64,000 nt of DNA from Ostrea edulis (lineage: Eukaryota): NCBI RefSeq assembly GCF_947568905.1, contig NC_079170.1:84196001-84260000 (forward strand). Direction: 5' to 3'. Below, in pieces: positions 11,841 through 24,600 of this stretch. The notes below the pieces were generated by a model. The model did no database searches, was not told the DNA's origin, and saw only the letters and a list, made by a program, of their open reading frames with translations. Numbering within the stretch: the stretch's first letter is position 1; the number at the start of each line of letters is the position of its first letter. A program made the position numbers and the translations under genes.

Positions 11841-12159
11841 TATCTGTCTCACTGTAATAAAGAAAATCAATGATTCTTTAAAACCTAAAAACGGGAAATT
11901 GTAGAGCACAAGCTGGTGCTGAATTCACATTTTTGTTAAAAATTGTTCGATCGGGGGGGGGGGGGTATTACAGCCTCCATAGCTCTTCTCATGATATCTA
12001 CATGTAGCCAGAAGAAATCATCCTATGACTGGCAGTATGAACATCATTATAAACCCCTGCTCCTCCATTAGTTTAAACCAAATAGAAAATAAGGATCATC
12101 ATTTTCATTTAATCACTCATTTTAATACATGTATTCAGGTGCTTCCACATCATTTTGCA

Positions 12160-12730
12160 AAAATAAGAGGCCCATGGGCATCAATGCTCACCTGAGTGAC
12201 ATCGACTTTATACTGTTCTTTATCAGAAGACTTTTAAAGATTTTGTTACTCTCTTTATTCCCACGGAAAATTTTGACCCCATATCATGGTAATGACTTAA
12301 CCAAATTTGAAGCCACACAGCATAGGAAGGCATATATAGCCGTGTTATTAACAAGGTATTGCTGGCCTGTTCTAAAGGATGGGACTTTTCTATGGATTGT
12401 TTCGTTGATATTCATGTACGTCATAGTATTTCATTTCTGATTCCTGCCCTAACTACACTCAGAGTCTATGATTTCTTTTGTTGGAGGGGTGTGTGTCTAC
12501 ACAACCTGGGAATATTTGCATATTGATAGAATAATGTGTGGCCCTGTAAGTCTTTAAAATTCCCTAAATGAACCCATATAGACCCCACCCTAGCCTCAGG
12601 GGCCAGGATCTGAACAAACCTGAACATGTACTACATTGGAATTCTTGCAGATATACATATGTCTCATCAAAGCCATTGGTTCTTTTTAAGATTTTTGAAT
12701 GTTATAATGTGCACATGCAAGAGAAGCTCT
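12160..12730 (+). mobile_element. Non-autonomous Helentron (HINE)-type repeat of bivalves; second terminal fragment at ~12975-13030
   Basis: Terminus AAGAGGCCCATGGG...GCTCACCTGAG occurs at ~12165 and ~12976. Internal GACCCCACCCTAGCCTCAGGGGCCAGGATCTGAACAAACC units. Family name is from recall of oyster repeats. Confidence 0.6.
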
Positions 12731-13479
12731 TAATCTCAACAACACCAAGTACCTAAAAGTGTCAAATTCACAAAGTTCATGCAAGGTCAATCATCAAATA
12801 CAAATAGTATCTAAAGCACTAAACTGACCAACAACATGAGCAGTTAAGATTAATTGTCATATTTTTGGCACAATTATTACCTGTCCCTTCCTCAGTACAA
12901 ATAAAGAAAGTTTTACATTAGCAAAATATGTTTAAAAAATAAATATATAAAAAATGCTAACACTAAATCTATAGCAAGAGGCCCATGGGGCATATCGCTC
13001 ACCTGAGTCACCTTGGCTCATATTTAAACTGTAACTACATCTGTTGTTTGAAATTGGACTAGATCTAGCTATATTTGAAAATTCAAATACTGTACTCAAT
13101 AAGTCTTTTTATTTCCTGTTGGATTTGAAAACTTTCTTGTGTCTCCACCCCCAACACGATGATGGGCTCCATTGGAAGTGTGATATCAAACACAATATAT
13201 ATAAGTTGTTGGGCATCTTTCTTCCAATTTGAAGCACAATATTGATTTCGTGAAAAAAATTACCTCCCTTTATTTTCAAACACATATTATCTACGTAAAA
13301 TTAAAATTAATTACCAATTACATATCGTCTCTAACAAAATAACAAACACAAAAACGAGTCATAAAAGAGACATTTTATTTCTTTTTAAATATTTTTCTTA
13401 TCAACATGATAAAATTCAACCGCGATAGTTCAGCAGCAAATGGCGTGACGGGCGGGTGTAAAAGCCGGAATGGGGCTGG

Positions 13480-14330
13480 AATGGGAGTAGTGACATGAAT
13501 TAAAATCACAATATCTCCGCTAATACTTGACATATTTTCATTGGATAAAGTTTCCGAACATCCGTGAAACAAGGACTATTAGAATATATGAAATATTTGA
13601 AATAAATTAATGCGGTATATTTAAAAACCTTGCCAGAATGGACCGAGCTCGAAAAAAATACTAATCTAAAATGAAGGAATAGACTCGTTTAACTGGCAAT
13701 ATCTCCTACACTACTTTGAGTATCTTCATTCGGTAAAGATTCCACATATCTGCAGATCCATACCGTCTAGAAAATATAAAACTGTTGAAGATATCTTATA
13801 GATAAATATACGAAAATCCTGCCGGAATGAAGAACGGTGTGCAATTTTAACAAGAATTCTGAGTAGTCCTTCTCGTGTAAACTACAATATCTCTTTTATA
13901 TTTGAATATTTTTTCATTCGGGAAAGTTTCCATTCATCTATGATACTACAGCTATCAGAATATATACAGTTTAATTATATTTACCTTTATCTATGGATGA
14001 AAACCCTGCCGGAATGGGAAAATATGGACCATTTTTTAGGTAAAATCATAGGTCGGAATGGAGGTAGTGACATAAACAAAATCGCAGTATCTCCGTTATT
14101 ATTCTATATATTTTCATTCGGTAAGGTTACACTACATCTGTAGAACCAGGGCTATTAGAATATATAAAACTCGTTTAAATAAATTAATAAGGTATTTTCA
14201 TAAATCTTGTCGAAATGGACCGAACTCGACAAAAAGCGTATCTAAAGTACTGCAGGGGATCTCAATAAAATGTAAATATCTCCTATTAGTACTTTAAATG
14301 CTTTCATTTGGTAAAGTTTCCACTCATGTA
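13480..14330 (+). repeat. Left subterminal degenerate tandem repeats of the MULE (~190-bp spacing, ~575-bp higher-order period)
   Basis: TTCATT.GGTAAAG and CCGGAATG motifs recur. 13480-13760 resembles 14055-14330. Confidence 0.7.
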
Positions 14331-14679
14331 TGGACCCAAAGTGTCAGGTAATTATAAACTGTGATATTTTGTGTGAATTCTTTTTTACAAAACTTCGTAC
14401 CGGAATGAACAGAGAATGTGCCAGCGAGAAAGCCTGTGAGCAAAAGTGTTTCTGCCCCCGGGATGAGGAGTGTGTCTGCGAGTGCGATGTGGATAAAAAT
14501 CACCAGCAAAATGAAGAATCGCGTCCTTAAAACAATCCATGCCATCAACCGGGATGGACATGCATCATGTGAGAGAGAAGAAACAAGCCTGCAAATGCTA
14601 ACAACGGAACCCGATGTGTGTGCTTATGTAAAATCGTTTGACAGCCATGGGGGTGTTGTGAAGAGTGCGTGCAGAAGCA

Positions 14680-15550
14680 CCCATAAAAAAGGTTGTGAGA
14701 GTGATGAGAAGAATGTGTGCAGAAGCACTCAGAATAAAGTTTGTGAGAGTGTTGAGAAGAATGTTTGCAGATGCACCCAGAAGAAAGTTTGTGAGAGTGA
14801 TGAGAAGAATATGTGCAGAAATATACAGAATAAAGTTTGTGAGAGTGGTGGGAAGAATGTGTGCAGATGCACCCAGAAGAAAGTTTGTGAGAGTGATGAG
14901 AAGAATATGTGCAGAAGTATCCAGAATGAAGTTTGTGAGAGTGATGAGACGAATGTGTGCAGAAGCACCCAGAGGAAAGTCTGTGAGAGTGTTGCGAAGA
15001 ATGTGTACAGAAGCACCCAGAAGAAAGTTTGTGAGAGTTGTAAGAAGAATATGTGCAGAAGTACCCAGAAGAAAGTTTCTGAGAGTGTTGAGAAGAATGT
15101 GTGCAGAAGCACCCAGAATGAAGTTTGTGAGAGTGATGAGAAGAATGTGTGCAGAAATATCCAGAAGAAAGTTTGTGAGAGTGATGAGAAGAATATGTGC
15201 AGAAATATCCAGAAGAAAGTTTCTGAGTGTTGAGAAGAATGTGTGCAGAAGCACCCAGAATGAAGTTTGTGAGCGTGATGAGAAGAATGTGTGCAGAAAT
15301 ATCCAGAAGAAAGTTTGTGAGAGTGATGAGAAGAATGTGTGCAGAAGCACCCAGAAGAAAGTTTGTGAGAGTGATGAGAAGGATGTGTGCAGAACTATCC
15401 AGAAGAAAGTTTGTGAGAGTGATGAGAAGAATGTGTGCAGAAGCACCCAGAAGAAAGTTTGTGAGAGTGATGAGAAGGATGTGTGCAGAACTATCCAGAA
15501 GGAAGTTTGTGAGAGTGATGAGAAGGATGTGTGCAGAACTATCCAGGAGA
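14680..15550 (+). repeat. 48-bp tandem repeat encoding Cys-rich 16-aa units (QKKVCESDEKNVCRST), about 18 copies
   Basis: Directly visible in ORFs 14418-15233 and 14665-15633, with a 2-nt deletion near 15228 switching frames. Confidence 0.9.
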
Positions 15551-15633
15551 ACGTGAAAGTGTCTAGCGACAAGAGTGATTCCGATTGTGAGAATAATGTG
15601 AAAGTGCTGAAAGGTGGCGGTGTTTTAACGTAG

Positions 15634-17950
15634 TCTGTAAACGAACCGATGGATCAAATCCAGATTACTGCTGCGCTTAAAAATCCGGATCCCGCTAAAA
15701 TTTGCGAAATTCCACCAGTGAAACCGGAGAGAAACCTATATGATAATCAGAAAAAACGCCGACGACTGTAGATGCGACCAGTATCAATGGTTAAACAATG
15801 GCAGTTCTTGTGTGTCGTCCGAGGGAGATATTCTACACCGTAAATATTTCAAGATTAAAATAGGTTGTCCCAAGTCTTCGTGAAACAGAAAAGCCGCAAG
15901 CTCAACGCGTTTCACCCGTAGCGCTTATTTTATGGAGTCCAACAAAGATCTAGTGCTAGTGCGTTATATCGGTGACGAATCCGTCTACATTCCGCTAACT
16001 TATGGTAACAACAAGAATAAAGAAAAGTGTGATTTTGTGCGTACGTGTCCGTCCGTCATGGATCAAATTAAGGAGGTATGTATACTACACCAGAGAAATA
16101 TGATATGGATGAAAAGTGGAGGAGATGTACAACAATATTTTGAAATTGAAAACTTTCAAATTTACTATATTTAGTCAAAACGTGGAGTTTTAGTTGTTAG
16201 CAATCCGGGGAAAAAATTAAAACCCTTGCTGGACTCGTACTCGCGATCTACAGTTCAGCAGTCGACGCGCTAACCTACTGAGCTATTCATCTATGCGATG
16301 ATTAAAGAAATGAATAGACAAAAATTTCTGATATTTATATTTTCATCCATATGTTAAAAGGAAGTCAGCCATTATGACGATGTAGAGTACCCCCTTAATG
16401 AGGATTCCGAAAGTGATGTCTCCCATGCAAATTTTCGATAAATTGAACGCGGCCAATAATGTTCCAAGTGTCGAATACATCGGTGTTATGAATGCGCGTG
16501 ATGTGAACCAAGTAAAGAACATTTCTAAACATGTGCGTGCTACTAAAAAACTGACTAAAGACGAAATTTATAACTTGGTGTTATTAGGTTATCATTTGGA
16601 GAGTTTCATACACGAAATCAGAAAATTTTTCTGATCTTGTTACTATTCTGGGTTTACCAGAAATATTTGAGATTTTCAATCAGTTACTGGATGTTGATGA
16701 TGCTAGTATTTCTATATGTTCAGGGTACGATACCACATTTAATTTGGGTGATTTTTATGTAACGCCTTTAATTTTCAGGCAGATACTTTTCGAGAGCAAA
16801 CCAGCAATCCCTTTAGCATTTCTAATCCACGAACGTAAGTATCAAAAATGTCACGAAAGGTTATTTGATTATATTGCAGAGAAAATTCCAAAAATCAAAC
16901 CCCCAAAAAATTACCATAGCCACCGAGAGGGAAAAGGGGGTTTCAAATGCTATTGCTAAAAGTTTGCCAAATTTTGTAAATCTGTTTTGTTGGAATCATT
17001 TAAAGCGTGATTTTAAGTTTTGGTTGCAAAAAGAAAACGGGCCTCAAGGTAACGAAATTGCTATTTACATTCAGGATTTGAGTAGTATTTTACAAAGCGA
17101 TAAAGAAAATGCCGAAAATATTATTACCGAAGTTGCATCGAAATGGTCACAGGCAGCAGTTCAATATTTCGATATACATGTACATTTGAAATCAGATATA
17201 TTAGCAAAATGAGTCATCCAGCAATTTCCTTGTCTGTACAATCCGTTTTCCGGGATAACAAACAACGCGTCAGAGAGTATAAATAACATTTTAAAACTAC
17301 ATGTTAGCGGCAAGGAACTTCCTGTAGATGCATTAGCTTTAAGTTTACAGTTACTACAATATCGGTATATTTATAATATTCAGTGTGGTTTGGCGGGTAT
17401 CGGGCCTTAGAAATTATTAGACATGTTTTCTGGCATAAAAATTACAAAAGACGAAATCATAATTCCAAACAAATTGATAGAACCAAGTAAAATTATAGAA
17501 TATGTTAAGGGTACTTTAGAAAAAAATACCCTGTTTGCGCTGCCGAAGATACTATTACTAGTACTTTTACAAATTCAGATTGTTCTTCCGAGAATTTAGA
17601 AGTAAATAATGAAAACCTAATTCAGGAACCAGTTCGAGGCGAACCAAAACAGAATATGTCACAAGCGTGTTTAGCTAAATTAACTGTTGAAAATAAGGGT
17701 GTTACATTTGTTGACGACCAGAAATCATTTATGATAAACGGTAGTACCAATAAAAAATACGCAGTTACTTTATTTCCTAAAGAAACTTGTCAATGCCCAG
17801 TTGCCGGTACTTGTTATCATATTTTAGCAGCGCGGTTAAAAATGGGGGATATTTCCGATACTAAAAGAGTTGTTAATTTGAAACAATTATCCGAAAATAA
17901 TTTGAAACGTAACGAAAAAAAAAAGCTGGTAAGAAAAAACTGCGACCTAA
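15634..17950 (+). pseudogene. MULE transposase (DDE) with SWIM zinc finger; multiple stops and frameshifts
   Basis: YDTTFNLGDFYVTPLIFR..PAIPLAFLIHERK (first D, ~16726); TEREKGVSNAI..LFCWNHLKRD (second acidic site and CxxH); ITNNASESINNILK (E, ~17270); CQCPVAGTCYHILAA (SWIM, ~17785). Confidence 0.9.
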
Positions 17951-18094
17951 CGATTATGATAAGGAAGTAATACCCGTGTCCAATTCTGCCATTGTTTTAG
18001 ACGAGAAAGACGATTTATGTCCATCGAAAAAAAGTAAAAAAAAATCGCCACCGATAGAAAGTGATAGACGGATCTAAGTCATAAAGCTAATATT

Positions 18095-18629
18095 TTGGAT
18101 TCCCGTGGTTGGTTATGTTCAAATATAATAAATAAGTCTTTAGAAATAATTTCGAAACAATTTAAAAATATAAACGGTTATCAACTAACAAATCTTGCTC
18201 CCGTATTTGATAAAGATTTAAACTCGTGGAAATGCAAAAAGGGATTCCAGCCTTCAAATTTGCCATCTGCACAAATTCACCACACAGGTCGTGATCACTG
18301 GGTTATTTCATTTCAAAATAAAGAAAACGAAATTTGTATTTTGGATAGTTTAAGCAGCACTAAAAACCATACCACTAACACACCGTCTCTCGAAATTCAA
18401 TTGTCTTTTATGGAAACAATAAACCGTCTGTGCAGTTAATTTATTTTAGAAAACCAGCAACAAAAAAATGGTTATGATTGTGGTTTATTCGCTATCGCCA
18501 ACTTAGTAGAGTTTTGTTTTAACGATGCGACATTTGAATTTAAAACCGAGTTTGTTGTAAATAAAATGCGAGAACATTTAATCAGTTGTTTAGAACATGG
18601 TCAATTTACTAAATTTCCACAAGAAACCA
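18095..18629 (+). pseudogene. Ulp1/SENP-type (clan CE) cysteine protease domain carried by the MULE
   Basis: GWLCSNII..QIHHTGRDHWV..ILDSL and, after a frameshift, QQQKNGYDCGLFAIA: His, Asp and Gln-x5-Cys catalytic pattern. Confidence 0.85.
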
Positions 18630-19039
18630 TAAATAATGAGATTGGTAAAGTTGGCTACTAGTAACCAGCTACTAGTAACTGGCTACTTAAAAAGAGAAAA
18701 GTTGGTTACTAGTAGCCAGCTACTTGAACCAGGAAAAGTTAGCTACTAGTAGCCAGTTACTAGTAGCTAGCTACTAAAAGTAAGAAAAGTTAGCTACTCG
18801 TAGCCAGCTACTACAAAATATAAAAGTTATAATTACTGATAACCAGCTACCAGATAAAGGTTAATGAGTTTGAAAATTATTATCTATCAGATTTATTTCT
18901 AAAGAGGACGAGGAGTCGTATGATATTTCAAGCTCAATTATCCCCAATTACATAACGTTGCAATACAAAATACGAATAAACTTTTTCAACTGAGTGTTTA
19001 CTTTAAAAATGATACGGATTGAATTCAGACCTTCATTCA

Positions 19040-21455
19040 TTTGATATACCATCCATTTGGAGATATCTGCTACTTTTACAATTTGATTCGAGTTACCCTG
19101 AAATTTCAACATTTGTATGAATACCGTAAGAAACTTTATGTTTGTATTAGATATCTGACGAATTTACAACTATACATATGGCAAGAAGTGATAGATTGTG
19201 TTTTGATACGCCACGTATTTTCAGATATCGCTCTTTAGGAAATCAGTTACTTACACATTTTGATTATCGGTACAATGAAATTTCAAGATCTGTGTGAATA
19301 CTCCGTGTTTATATCATATATTTAACTAACTTACAACGATACGTATGGCGAGTAGTGATATTGGGTATCGTGATATGTCATGAATTTTCAGATGTCACGC
19401 TTAAGGAAGTCAACTACTTATACCTTTTGATGGCAGGTAACCTGAAATTTCAAGTTTTTCGCAAATATCTTAAGGCACGTTATGTTTGTATTAGATATCT
19501 CATTAATTTACCAATATTCATGTAAAGAGGAGTGGTATTAGATATCTTCATCAGCCATCAAGTTTCAGATATCACCATTAAGGAAGTCAGCTACTTATAC
19601 CTTTTGATTCCTGGTAACCTGAAATTTCAAGATTTTCGTAGATATCTTAAGGAAATTTGTGTTTATATTAGATATCTGACTAATTTACAACTATCAAAGT
19701 GAAGAGGAGTGATACTAGGTATCTTGATATGCAATCAATTTTCAGATATCACGTTTAAGGAAGTCAGCTACTTATACCTTTTGATTCCGGGTAACCTGAA
19801 ATTTCAAGTTTTTCATAAATATCTTAAAGAACTCCTTGTTTGTATTAGATATCTGACTAATTTACAACTATCCATATGAAGTGGAGTGGTATTAGGTATC
19901 TTGATATGCCATTAATTATCAGATATCACCCTTAAGGAAGTCAGCTACTTATACTTTTTGATTGAAGGTAACATAAATTTCAAGTTTTTTATCAATATTT
20001 TAAGGAAGTCTGTGTTTGTATTAGATATCTGACTAATTTACAATTATCCACGTGAAGAGGAGTGATATTAGGTATCTTGACATGCCATCAATTTTCAGAT
20101 ATCACGCTTAAGGAAGTCAGCTACTTATACCTTTTCATTGCAGGTAACCAGAAAATTCAAGTTTTTAGAAAATATTTTAGAAGCTCCGTGTTTGTTTTAG
20201 ATATCTGATTAATTTACCAATGCACATATGACAAGATCTGATATTAAGTATCTTGATATAACATCAATTTTGAGATATCACGCTTAAGGAAGTCAGCTAC
20301 TGATACCTTTTCATTCCAGGTAACCTGAAATTTCATTATTTTCATAAATATCTTAAGGAACTCCTAGTTTGTATTAGATATCTGACTAACTTACAACTAT
20401 CCACGTCAAGAGGAATGATATTAGGTATCTTGATATGCCAACAATTTTCAGATATCACGCTTAAGGAAGTCAGCTACTTATACCTTTTGATTCCCGGTAA
20501 CCTGAAAATTGAAGTTTTCCATATATATCCTTAGGAACTCTGTGTTTGTATTAGATATCTGACTAATTTACAATTATCCATGTGAAGAGGAATGACATTA
20601 GGTATCTTGATATGCCATCAATTTTCAGATATCACGCTTAAGGAAGTCAGCTACTTATTCCTTTTCATTGCAGGTAACCTGAAATTTCATGTTTTTCATA
20701 AATATCTTAAGGAACTCCTAGTTTGTATTAGATATCTGACTAACTTACTACTATCCACGTCAAGAGGAATGATATTAGGTATCTTGATATGCCAACAATT
20801 TTCAGATATCACGCTTAAGGAAGTCAGCTACTTATACCTTTTAATTTCAGGAAACCTAAAATTTAAAGTTTTTAGCAAATATTCTATGGAACTCTGTGTT
20901 TGTATTAGATATCGTATTAATTTACCAGTGCACATATGACAAGGAGTTATATTAGGTATCTTGATATGCCATCAATATTCAGATGTCACGCTTAAGGAAG
21001 TCAGCTACTTACACCTTTTGATTCTAGGTAACCTAAAATTTCAGGTTTTTCGAAAATATCCTAAGAAACTCTGTGTTTGTGTTAGATATTTCATTGATTT
21101 ACCATCTCACATATTACAAGGAATGATATTAGGTATCTTGATATCACCCTTAATGAAGTCAGTTACTTATACCTTTTGATTCCTGGTGACTTGAAATTTC
21201 AACTTTTTCGTAAATATCTTAAGTAACTCTGCTTTTGTATTAGATATCTGACTAACTTACAACTATTCACATGAAGAGGAGTGATATTAGGTATTTTGAT
21301 ATACAATTTATTTTCAGATATCACCCTCAAGGAAGTCAGCTACTTATACCTTTTGATTCAAGTTGTCCGTAAATATCTTGAGGAATTATGCGTTTGTATT
21401 AGATATCTGACTAACTTACAACCATCCACGTGAAGAGGAGTGATATTAGGTATCT
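19040..21455 (+). repeat. ~177-bp satellite array, left arm (about 14 monomers)
   Basis: The C of the recurring TCAGATATCAC motif falls at 19566, 19743, 19920 and 20096 (spacing 176-177 bp). Confidence 0.95.
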
Positions 21456-24000
21456 TGATACCTATTATCACACCTCTTCACGTAGATAGTAGTTAACTAG
21501 TCAGATATCTAACAAAAACACAGAGTTCCTTAAGCTATATACAAAACAATTTAAATTACAGGATGTCTGGAATGAAAAGGTATAAGTAGCTGACTTCGTC
21601 GAACGTGATATCTGAAAATTGATCGCATATCAAGACAGTTCATATAAACCCCTGTAATATCAGCAAAAAAAATTAGTCAGATATCTAACATATCTATCTG
21701 AAAATTGATGGCATATCAAGATACTTGATATCACTCCTCTTCACGTGGATAGTAAATAATTAGTCTGATATGTAATACAAACACAGTTCCTTAAAAGATA
21801 TCTACAAAACATTTGAAATTTCAGATAACCAGGAATCAAAAGGTATAAGTAGCTAACTTCCTTTAGCGTGATATCTGAAAATTGATGGCATATTAAGATA
21901 CTTAATATCACTCCTTGTAATATGTGAGATGGTTAATTAATGATGTATCTAATACAAAAGCAGAGTTCCTTAAGATATGTACGGAAAACTTGAAATTTCA
22001 GGTTGCCTAGAATTAAAAGCTATAAGTAGCTGACTTCCTTACTCCTGATATCTGAAAATTGATTGATGGCATATTAAAATACTTAATATCACTCCTTGTC
22101 ATATGTGTGATTGTAAATTAATGAGATATCTAACACAAACACAGAGTTCCTTAACATATTTGCGAAAACCTGACATTTTAGGCTATCTGGAATCAAAAGG
22201 TATATGTAGCTGACTTCCTTATGGGTGATATCTGAAAATTGATGGCATATCAAGATACCTAGTATCACTCCTCTTGACTTTGGTAGTTGTAAATTAGTCA
22301 GATATCTAATACAAACGCAGAGTTCCTTAAGATATGTACGGAAGACTTGAAATTTCAGGTTACCTAGAATCAAATGGTATAAGTAGCTGACTTCCTTAAG
22401 AGTGATATCTGAAAATTGATGGCTTATAAAGATATCTAATACCACTACTCTTCATGTGAATATTGGTAAAATAATGAGAAATCCAATACAAACATGAAGT
22501 GCCTTAAGATATTTGCAAAAACTTTGAAATTTCATGTTACCTGCAATCAAAAGGTATACGTAGTTGACTTCCTTAAGGGTGATATCTGAAAATTGATGGC
22601 ATATCAAGATATCTAATATTCCTTCTCTTCGCGTGGATAGTTGTATGTTAGTCAGATACAACTGTATCTAATACAATCACAGAGTTCTTTAAGATATTTA
22701 TTAGAAAACTTGAAATTTCAGGTTACCAGGAATCAAAAAGTATAAGTAACTGACTTCTTTAAGCCTGATATCTCAAAATTGATGTTATAACAAGATACCT
22801 AATATCAGATCTTGTCATATGTGCATTGGTAAATTAATCAGATATCTAAAACAAACAGGAGCTCCTCCTTAAAATATTTTCTAAAAACTTGAAATTTCTG
22901 ATTACCTGCAATGTAAAGGTATAAGTAGCTGACTTCCTTATGGGTGATATCTGAAAATTGATGGCATATTAAGATACCTAATATCACTCCTCTTCACGTG
23001 GATAATTGTAAATTAGTCAGATATCTAATACAAACAAGTTCTTTAAGATATTTATGAAAAACTTGAAATTTCAGGTTACCCGGAATCAAAAGGTATAGTA
23101 GCTGACTTCCTTAAACGTGATATCTGAAAATTGATGGCATATTAAGATACTTAATATCACTCCTTGTCATATGTGAGATGGTAAATTTATGAGATATATA
23201 ATACAAAGACAGAGTTCCTTAAGATGTTTGCGAAAAACCTGAAATTTTAGACTACCTGGAATCAAAAGGTATATGTAGCTGACTTCCTTATGGGTGATAT
23301 CTGAAAATTGATGGCATATCAAGCTAACTAGTATCACTCCTCTTCATTTTGATAGTTGTAAATTAGTCAGATATCTAATATAAACACAAATTTCCTTAAG
23401 ATATCTACGAAAATCTTGAAATTTCAGGTTACCAGGAATCAAAAGGTATAAGTAGCTGACTTCCTTAATGGTGATATCTGAAAATTGATGGCTGATGAAG
23501 ATATCTAATACCACTCCTCTTTACATGAATATTGGTAAATTAATGAGATATCTAATACAAACATAACGTGCCTTAAGATATTTGCGAAAAACTTGAAATT
23601 TCAGGTTACCTGCCATCAAAAGGTATAAGTAGTTGACTTCCTTAAGCGTAACATCTGAAAATCCATGACATATCACGATACCCAATATCACTACTCGCCA
23701 TACGTATCGCTGTAAGTTAGTTAGATATATGATATAAACACGGAGTATTCACACAGATCTTGAAATTTCATTGTACCGATAATCAAAATGTATAAGTAAC
23801 TGATTTCCTAAAGAGCGATATCTGAAAATACGTGGCGTATCAAAACACAATCTATCACTTCTTGTCATATGTATAGTTGTAAATTCGTCAGATATCTAAT
23901 ACAAACATAAAGTTTCTTACGGTATTCATACAAATGTTGAAATTTCAGGGTAACTCGAATCAAATTGTAAAAGTAGCAGATATCTCCAAATAGATGGTAT
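21456..24000 (-). repeat. ~177-bp satellite array, right arm, opposite orientation (about 14 monomers)
   Basis: Monomers are reverse complements of the left-arm monomers (GTGATATCTGAAAATTGATGGCATATCAAGATACC...). Confidence 0.95.
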
Positions 24001-24405
24001 ATCAAATGAATGAAGGTCTGAATTCAATCCGTATCATTTTTAACGTAAACACTCAGTTGAAAAAGTTTTGGTATTTTGCATTGCAACGTTATGTAATTGG
24101 GAATAATTGAGCATGAAATTTCATACGACTCCTCGTCCTCTTTAGAAATAAATCTGATAGATAATAATTTTCAAACTCATTAACCTTTATCTGGTAACTG
24201 GTTATCAGTAATTATAACTTTTATATTTTGTAGTAGCTGGCTACGAGTAGCTAACTTTTCTTACTTTTAGTAGCTGGTTACTAGTAACTGGCTACTAGTA
24301 GCTAACTTTTCCTGGTTCAAGTAGCTGACTACTAGTAGCCAACTTTTCTCTTTTTAAGTAGCCAGTTACTAGTAGCTGGTTACTAGTAGCCAACTTTACC
24401 GATCT

Positions 24406-24600
24406 TAAATAATACTTCAACTTTAAAATACAAAACAATGAAAATTGGTTGTAATTGTTCCTGTAACTTTCCAGACTGGATTGATGAAATGATAGGTTGT
24501 GAAAAGCAGTGCAATATATGGAAACATTGTAAATGTGCAATTGTGCCTGATTATTGTAAAGAAGTGGATTTGTTCGGAGCATGATCGTGAATAAAAGATG
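24406..24600 (+). pseudogene. PHD-like finger: C-terminal continuation of the Ulp1 ORF beyond the foldback insertion
   Basis: CNCSCNFPDWIDEMIGCEKQCNIWKHCKC, then KKWICSEH after a 1-nt frameshift. In frame with ..FPQETINN once the insertion is removed. Confidence 0.8.

Larger units (their letters stand above)
18639..24405. mobile_element. Foldback-type element (5.8-kb giant inverted repeat) nested in the MULE
   Basis: Ends AGATTGGTAAAGTTGGCTACTAG and CTAGTAGCCAACTTTACCGATCT. Flanking direct repeat TAAATAAT(G/A) at 18630-18638 and 24406-24414. Arms are mirror images. Centre is AGGTATC-TT-GATACCT at 21448-21463. Confidence 0.88.

Noticed and set aside
10375-11873. Antisense and alternative-frame ORFs overlapping the TRIM gene (similar ones overlap the laccase)
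   Set aside because: They are shadows of real coding sequence, with no independent domain signal.
14330-14530. Small Cys-rich ORF starting MDPKC, reminiscent of metallothionein
   Set aside because: Cys spacing and composition (F, I, L-rich first half) do not fit. It lies inside the transposon and may be a frameshifted part of its ORF.
14598-15572. Long minus-strand ORFs and the alternative R/M-rich plus frame over the 48-bp repeat
   Set aside because: The repeat lacks stops in several frames. Only the Cys-rich frame connects to transposase-like sequence.
20592-22661. ORFs within the 177-bp satellite
   Set aside because: They are chance open frames repeating the monomer, with no protein features.
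19040-24000. Identity with the known 166-bp Crassostrea satellite
   Set aside because: The measured period is 176-177 bp and I do not recognise the monomer as that family. A database comparison is needed.
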